Assembly: GCA_016748015.1 (NCBI GenBank)
Contig: JAAOMT010000563.1
Span: 372,001 to 436,000 of the forward strand
DNA: 64,000 nt
Source of the DNA: Geosiphon pyriformis uo1
Lineage: Eukaryota; Fungi; Glomeromycota
Direction: 5' to 3'
Shown here: in pieces, positions 57,053-64,000 of the stretch
How the letters are laid out: every line of letters begins with the position of its first letter
Position numbering within the stretch: the stretch's first letter is position 1
Notes under the pieces: generated by a model
What the model was told of the DNA's origin: nothing
The model's input: only the letters and a program-made list of their open reading frames with translations
Databases searched by the model: none
Program-made: the position numbers and the translations under genes

Positions 57053-60000
57053 TTTTTTTTACAAAATTAATGAGTGAAGTCTAACTGCTATTTAGTACAT
57101 AAAACCAAACTAAATGGAACAAACTAAATACAATTCATGCACTTACTACATATAATTAGCCATTTGAATCAGACAAAGCAATATTACATATTTATATCAA
57201 CAAATATATTACTATCTAAATCTGAAAAAAAATAACACAATCTGTACTTACCAAAATTAACAGCAAAAGATTCCATAATACTAAGCATACAAACTATCTC
57301 ATTTAATAATAAAGACATCATATAACAAGACAAGTTCAAAACCAAACTATTATTACTGATTAAACCAGCTTTTTCTATATTCACCTAATGCTTAGATCTA
57401 ACAAGCCACATCTTAGAATAATTTAATTTTACCACAAACTTAACATATTTGACAAAAGCCAGAACAGTCTTTTCCTTTTTTTTTAAGACCAAAACAGTTT
57501 CAGCAAGCCAATTTCTCAACACAAAACCTTTGCAAATCATAGTATAAAGACCCATATTTAAAGAATACATTGAAAGTAATTACAAAATAGCTGAAACAAA
57601 CAGGCAAAAAAAACTTGTCAATGATATCTATTTTTCAATAATCTTAACCAAGATGTTCTTATAAAGACTAATATTATCAAAACAAGTAAAAATATAATCA
57701 GACAACTCCATCTCATTACACAGCAAGCATAGCACTCTAAGATAATTTTTGTTATACAATCTCTTTCTAATCATCATTAACAGCTGTCTATATACTGTTT
57801 TTATCAAATATGTATACAAACAAGCCAATTTCTTACTAGTAAACCCAGATAGCATATGTGAATCAAGTTGCCAAATTTTCATAGTAATATCTCAATCTAT
57901 CTCCCTAATCATAATACTTGGAACCATATTATAACCAAGACTAGTTTTCTAATGAGCACAGCAAATTAACCAATACAGATTACAAATAAAATAACAAACA
58001 TTACCAAACACAGCAGTATTCTTAGCAACCAAAAATCATTTTTAAATCCCAACTGGCAAAGAAAAAAAAGAGAAAGTGGTCTTACTAGCCAACATATTAG
58101 CCCTAATATTGCTTAGAACTCCTAAATATCTCTTAACTTTTACTCATTTAACAGAAATGCTTTTATCCTTAATAAAATTGGCTATATGCAATCTCTTGAT
58201 TCAATATTAATTGCAAAAGTCAGACATGGCAAATAAAATTTCAAATACATAAGCATCAATCACAGATTGGCTGTTCAAATAAAAAACTATAGCACAAAAA
58301 GATAGAACATACTTCAAAACTAATACAACAGCTTACAACACAGCCAAAGTAGAAAACAAAAACCCAAATACTTTAACTTTAATATCCATGTCTACAACCA
58401 GAAAATAAGCAGTTATCTTATTCACCACTTTAACAGAACCAGTATTTTTCAAGAATCCATCTGTATAGACTTTAATACAATCTAACCAAATTTTCAGTAA
58501 ACTATCACATACATTAGAGAACTTTTCAGAATTTAAGACATTTAACACAAACAATCTGGGATTAACAATTGACTCAACTTCCAAAAAAACATTATTGCTC
58601 ATAAACTCAGAAGCCAACACAAACCAATAAGATACAGAGCTCCTTAGATCCAATCTTTTTTACTGTTGAAATGTCTTCTAGTTTATCATATTTTCTTTTT
58701 TGTCCAAAAGTCTGTTACCAAACACAACACCAAATCACCTCAAAAAGAAAACAGAATCATAAAACAAGAGCTGTCTCAAGATGCCAGACATCAGAAACTT
58801 ATTAGACTTATAAAAAGTGCTAGACAATTTGTTTATTAAAGACAACTCATTATTCAAAAATATTTTTACCATACCAGCCAAAAAATTATTTACTGGACTA
58901 ACTTACAGCTTGACAAAAAATTACAAAGAATTTAAAGAAGACCATCTTAGAATCTGCAAATCCAAAAACTTATGTTCAAATAAATATCCAAGAACATTTC
59001 AGATATTGGAAAAAGAGACCAATGAAGTCAACTTCTCTTTAGACTAGACTTGCTTAAAAGATTTCAAACTATACAAAGATAGATGATACAACACTTTACT
59101 AAGAAAGTTACAAGATAAACCAGTCTTAATTTTAAAATCCTTTCTAATTATTATATCTCACTTGTAATACACACCTGTAGAAACAAAACTAAACTGCATT
59201 CAAAATTAACTATGGGCTGCAGGACAGCTGAAATTAAGTAAAAAAATTGTTTATCTGTAATAGTCTTTCTTAATACCATATTAAAAATGAGTCTAAACCA
59301 AATTAGACTTAAAAAAACTCTTAATAGACAAAAAAATCTCCAAGTATATATGTAACTTACCCTTCTTAGCAATTAAAATTGGCAAACTATTAATCAAAAG
59401 TAAGACAAATCTGACACCTTGATTGATGGGAATAGCCACTGTCTTATTATTATTAATTGAAATATTATTAACAATAAAGAACTTGTTAGCAATGTTCAAA
59501 ATATACTGTGCAAAAGCTTGACAACTTCTAACCCAAATTGTATTATCAATAAAAGTACTAGTAGCAAAAAAAGAAATCTCCAACAGTCTTAATTCTGCCA
59601 GACTTAATTGCAAACCTAATATCAATTCTGTATCTACATAAATGCTTATACCTTTTTATCTTACACAAAAGTGGATCATAGAAAATTTTCTAAAAAAGTG
59701 AAAAAAACACCTTACTTTGATCCAAATCATCATAAACTCTATAATCATTTGATAGTCCAAAATTTATTATCACTCTATTGAACCAATTCTCATGAATATT
59801 GCCAAAAAACCTAATAAACCAACTGTATATTTTAATGTAATACAAGCTAGTCTTTAAATAATGCCAGCCCACTAAATCATAAGCTTTGTGCATATTCTGT
59901 AATATCAACCAAAGCTTTTTGTTCTTTTCCAGAGCATTTTTGACAACCAATTCAATGGCAAAAATAGGAAACTGAGTCAAAGTATTTTTCAACACTAAAA

Positions 60001-63000
60001 AATTATTACCATAAAAAATGTTAAATTTGCTACAAGCTAATGATATCCAATTAGAGAAGATTTTAGACAAGATTTTACAAACTATTTTGACTAATGCAAT
60101 AGACCTAGTATTTGTCAAAACTCTATTTTATTCATAAAATTTTGGGATCATTGAAACTTATGCTCTTTTCTAGAGAGTTGAAACCACATCCAAAGTTAAA
60201 CATAAATTCAATATTTTCAAAAAACACACCAACATTTTATCATCACAATACTTTCAAAGCTTATTAAATATCCTTAACAATCTGGCAGCTTTATTATTCA
60301 GCAAATTACCAACAATTAAAGACAACTTTTCCATATTAATTTTCTTTATAATACTTGAGAAAACATTATTATCTACATAGTTCAGAGACATATATTGACA
60401 AGACCAAAAATCAGACATTCTTAAGAGCACTGACTGTTTCTTTGTTTACCTCATTATGATTTTATTTACCTTAAGCTTTGTCTCATCAGGCTTAATTACC
60501 AACTTATTATTTACTACCAAGTAATCCAAACCAATTTTGCAAAATAGATATTCCAAAATGCTTTTTATTATTCATCTTTTGTCAGAACAGAAATTTTTCA
60601 TACAATAATTAATTGCTTTCCTAATAGCCATATTTTTAGTAGTTTTTGATTCATAATACTTAGATTTCTGATATTTTTTCCTTATCACTGATAAATGTTT
60701 AACCAAATTCAATAAACTCATATTATTTAGAACCATGTTATTAATCTTGAATGTCTTAACCTCATTAATAGCCAACCAAACCTTGACAAAACAATTAAAA
60801 TCCAAAAAATTTTCAGAATTCTAACATTTTACAATTTTTACAACAAGCTGCTCTAATTTAAAAAATTTTGAAGAATGTTTGTTCTTTAAACAATCATACT
60901 TATTATACTAAACTTTAGAAAACATCTTATCAACAGCTTGTACCATAACTTCCTCCAGTACTTTCCACATTATATCTAAGTTACTTTTGTTCTTTATAAT
61001 TCCAAACATGCTTGACCTTACCAACAACTTGACAGAAAAATGCTTCTTAAAATACAACCACTGGGCCTCATTTGCATTTCCCAACTTAAATTTTCACTGG
61101 TTTCAGTTGGCCTGCTTATGAAAACTGTTAAGACAAGCATCCAGAAGTTCATCCAAACTAACTAAGATTGAAACTGCCTTATGATTCATATCAAAAAACT
61201 CTAACACATTATTGACTTTATGTAATGCAACTGTAGATACCAGATTCTTACTCACAAAAATGAAATTGATAACTTTTTTAAAACCTCTAGAATTGTTCCA
61301 AGTAGAAATCTTAACTAATGAATGTTTACAAAATAAGTTAACTAATTCTAAGTCTACACAAACTTGAAACTTGCACTTCTTTTAGTACTATCTTCATTGA
61401 AGTTTCTACTTAAGACCACAAAAGTGCTAGAGTTGACTGTCTTGGCAATGAAAAAATTAATAACAAATGCCTGACAAAATTTTGCTTTGGCAAAAGCACT
61501 AGTATATAAACCCAGAACTATAACTAACAACTTTTTTTTAAATAAAAATTGAACTGAAATAATCCTACTAGGAATCTCTTCTACTTTAGACATATATCAA
61601 ATCAGAGAATTGTTCACAATAATGGCCATCCTAGCACCAAAAAAACTCTTATCTAAACCAGATGTAAAAATTCAGACTCTATCAAATTTGTTTATAATCC
61701 ATAACTTAACACTAGACCTCAATTTTGTTTCAGTAATAATTGATATTATGTTATCTAAGTTAATATGCCAATGCACAATATTCTTTTGTTTAGCCAGAAC
61801 ATTAATGCCACAAACATTACACATAGCAATTTTTCATACCAAATTACTCATTAAGACAAAAAGTGTACCAAAAAACCTAAATCAGCACACAACCAATTCA
61901 ATTTTGCTAAAACAAAACTGATAGAGGCCTTAAGAGCCACCAATTTCGATTCCAGACTGCCTATCTTGGTGGTTAAAATCTTTGAATTACTTAAACCCAG
62001 AACTGAACTCGTATTCATCAAAGATAAAAGAGAGATTACAAAGAGTACCTGCAAAACATTCAAAACCATATTTAAATCCAAATTCGAATTTGAATTTAAG
62101 GAAACAATTACAGCAGAAGAAGAATATTAAGAAACAAATACCATAGGCACCAGATCAACTATGCTCAGCTTTTTAATAATACTCAACACTTGATCAGCTA
62201 AAAGCTCTAAAAAACATTCCAGAGAAGCCAGGCAATCATTAATCAGAGAACTATTTTGAACAACTAGTGTGTTTTCTTTATTAAATAAAGCACCAGAAAA
62301 AAAGAAACTGGAATTAGAGCCAAAGTTGAAATAAAAATCACTAAAAGAAAAAGCAAGTAAGACCACTTGTGCCCAAGATTTGTTACTAAAAACAGCAAAA
62401 TAGAAAGTTAGGACACTCTTTTTTACATACAACTTAGTAAGCTCAAGGTGGCTTTTTTCTAAGATAATTTTCTTATAAAATTTTGAAGAAAACAAGACTA
62501 ATACATCCAATATATTACATTCAAGAGCTAAATGCCCAAAACATCTGCATTTCTTATACTTAACCAAATTCATCTTTGTCCAAAAGAATTTAATATCTTT
62601 AAATATTAACACAATATGATAAACAGATTCTAACTTCTTACCTGTTTTAAAACAAATCATGCACAGCAAACCTGATTGCCAAAGTCCAATAAACAATTAA
62701 TAATACAGGTTTTCTTACCAGTTTCTTTAAAAGAATATTCAAATCATAAGCAGTTGTCTCCATCAACAAAGTAAACAAAAGCATTTTAAACCAATCTCTT
62801 AATGTTTAGATATTACAATCTCTCACAGCTTTGGCTATGTGCACAAAATTTTTATTGATTAAGAATAATTATCTAGCAGCCAACAGATCAGCTTGACCTA
62901 ATTCAGTGAATTTTATCACAGTCTTTTGCTACATTCCAATTAATTAAATTTTGATTAACACAATCTGACCAAACTTGGCAACTGCAGCGACGATCATTTT

Positions 63001-63750
63001 TTTAGGCATATCTATGGGAATTTTTTTGATTACTATAGCTTAATTTTTTCAAACTTTAAGGAGGTAGTGATTTTTCCAAAACCATTAACTAATGAAAAAT
63101 TTTTTCTAATAAATTAAGTTTTTGCTATTGCTAATTTCTTTTTCACAGCTAAAAGATTGATATTTAGAGCAAAAAATTTCTTAACTAATACTTTAATCTG
63201 GGTTTTCACAATTTTGAAATCAATTCATCTTTTGTCAAAAGAGATATTGAGAGAAAAAGGGAGAAAATTCATATTTTCATTTATTCCAAAGTCAATAATA
63301 TCAATAAGAAGACCATTAACCAAATTAGTATTGTTTTTCTTAGCTTTAGAGATTGATACAGCCAAGCCAAGAAAAAAACACCACTTAAGTTCATCACAGA
63401 ACCACCAATCTTACTGTCATTAAATTCATTGTCTATATCCAAATACATGTCTTTATTAATACCAGATTTGATCAAAGAAATTTTTTTTCATTACCAGAGT
63501 GTTTTATATTGCCAACAGAGACTTTTTTCTTTTGAAAAAAAGTATCATCAACAGAATTATGAAAAATATTCTTAGAAGCCTTTTTTTTAAATATACTACT
63601 ATTTGAAATAGTCTTCAAGTTCACCACAAAAGAATTATTAGCTTAAAAAATATTAAGAGAAATAAAACCAGGTAGATAAAATAAAAAAAACTTCTTTTTT
63701 TGAAAAATTGCTCTTTGAAGAATTTAGATAAAAGAAAGAAAGAAGTTTTT
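57053..63750 (-). mobile_element. Near full-length decayed LINE, copy 2: ORF1 (Zn knuckles) plus ORF2 (APE-RT-RNaseH-Cys finger)
   Basis: ORF1 has CRCFGHLALEC. ORF2 starts at 61851 (KIAMCNVCGIN, IITETKL), with RT (LQNMHKAYDLV, FIDNT), RNase H (VYTDG), CLLC..FTC and a poly(A) tail at 57053-57060. The 5' end is approximate. Confidence 0.9.
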
Positions 63751-64000
63751 TTTATATGTATTTTTAATTAAGTTTATTTTGAAAAAATATATAAAAATCA
63801 AAATAATAATATTAAATAATTTTTTTATTAAGTATTTTTATATAATTATTATTTAAATTAAAATATTTAAATTACAAAATTTATTTTAATTAATTATATA
63901 TTAACTAATTAAAATTTTTTAGAAAATAAAAAAAAATTATTAAATTGTTATTGTTTTTAATATATTTACAAATAATTTAGATATAATATTTAAAAATCAA

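Overview
AT-rich, intron-containing eukaryotic DNA. Gene content, short introns and TE types point to an early-diverging fungus, most likely Glomeromycotina/Mucoromycota; this is an inference, not a database result. The window has three parts. (1) 1-24.5 kb is a nested, decayed TE block. It holds two copies of a Ty3/Gypsy family, one inserted head-to-head inside the other, whose single polyprotein reads Gag-PR-[Cys-rich domain]-dUTPase-RT-RH-INT and is followed by an extra 3' ORF. It also holds a non-LTR 3' fragment, a foldback-like inverted-repeat relic, and an APE-RT-RNaseH LINE interrupted by three solo LTRs with 4-bp TSDs. (2) 24.8-55.6 kb is a TE-poor gene island. It contains a SNF2/STH1 remodeller, a small secreted protein, a StuA-type APSES factor behind a long microsatellite-rich intergenic region, a KNL2/Mis18BP1-like gene (SANTA domain plus CENP-C motif) head-to-head with a tiny spliced chromo-like gene that the ORF track misses, and an inositol-type sugar porter with a PSI-like loop. 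(3) 56-64 kb holds a LINE relic and a near full-length decayed LINE. The best candidates for new biology are the KNL2/mini-chromo divergent pair, the dUTPase/Zn-finger/ORF3 Gypsy family, and RIP-like C-to-T decay of the repeats. All translations and alignments were done by eye, so splice models are unverified.
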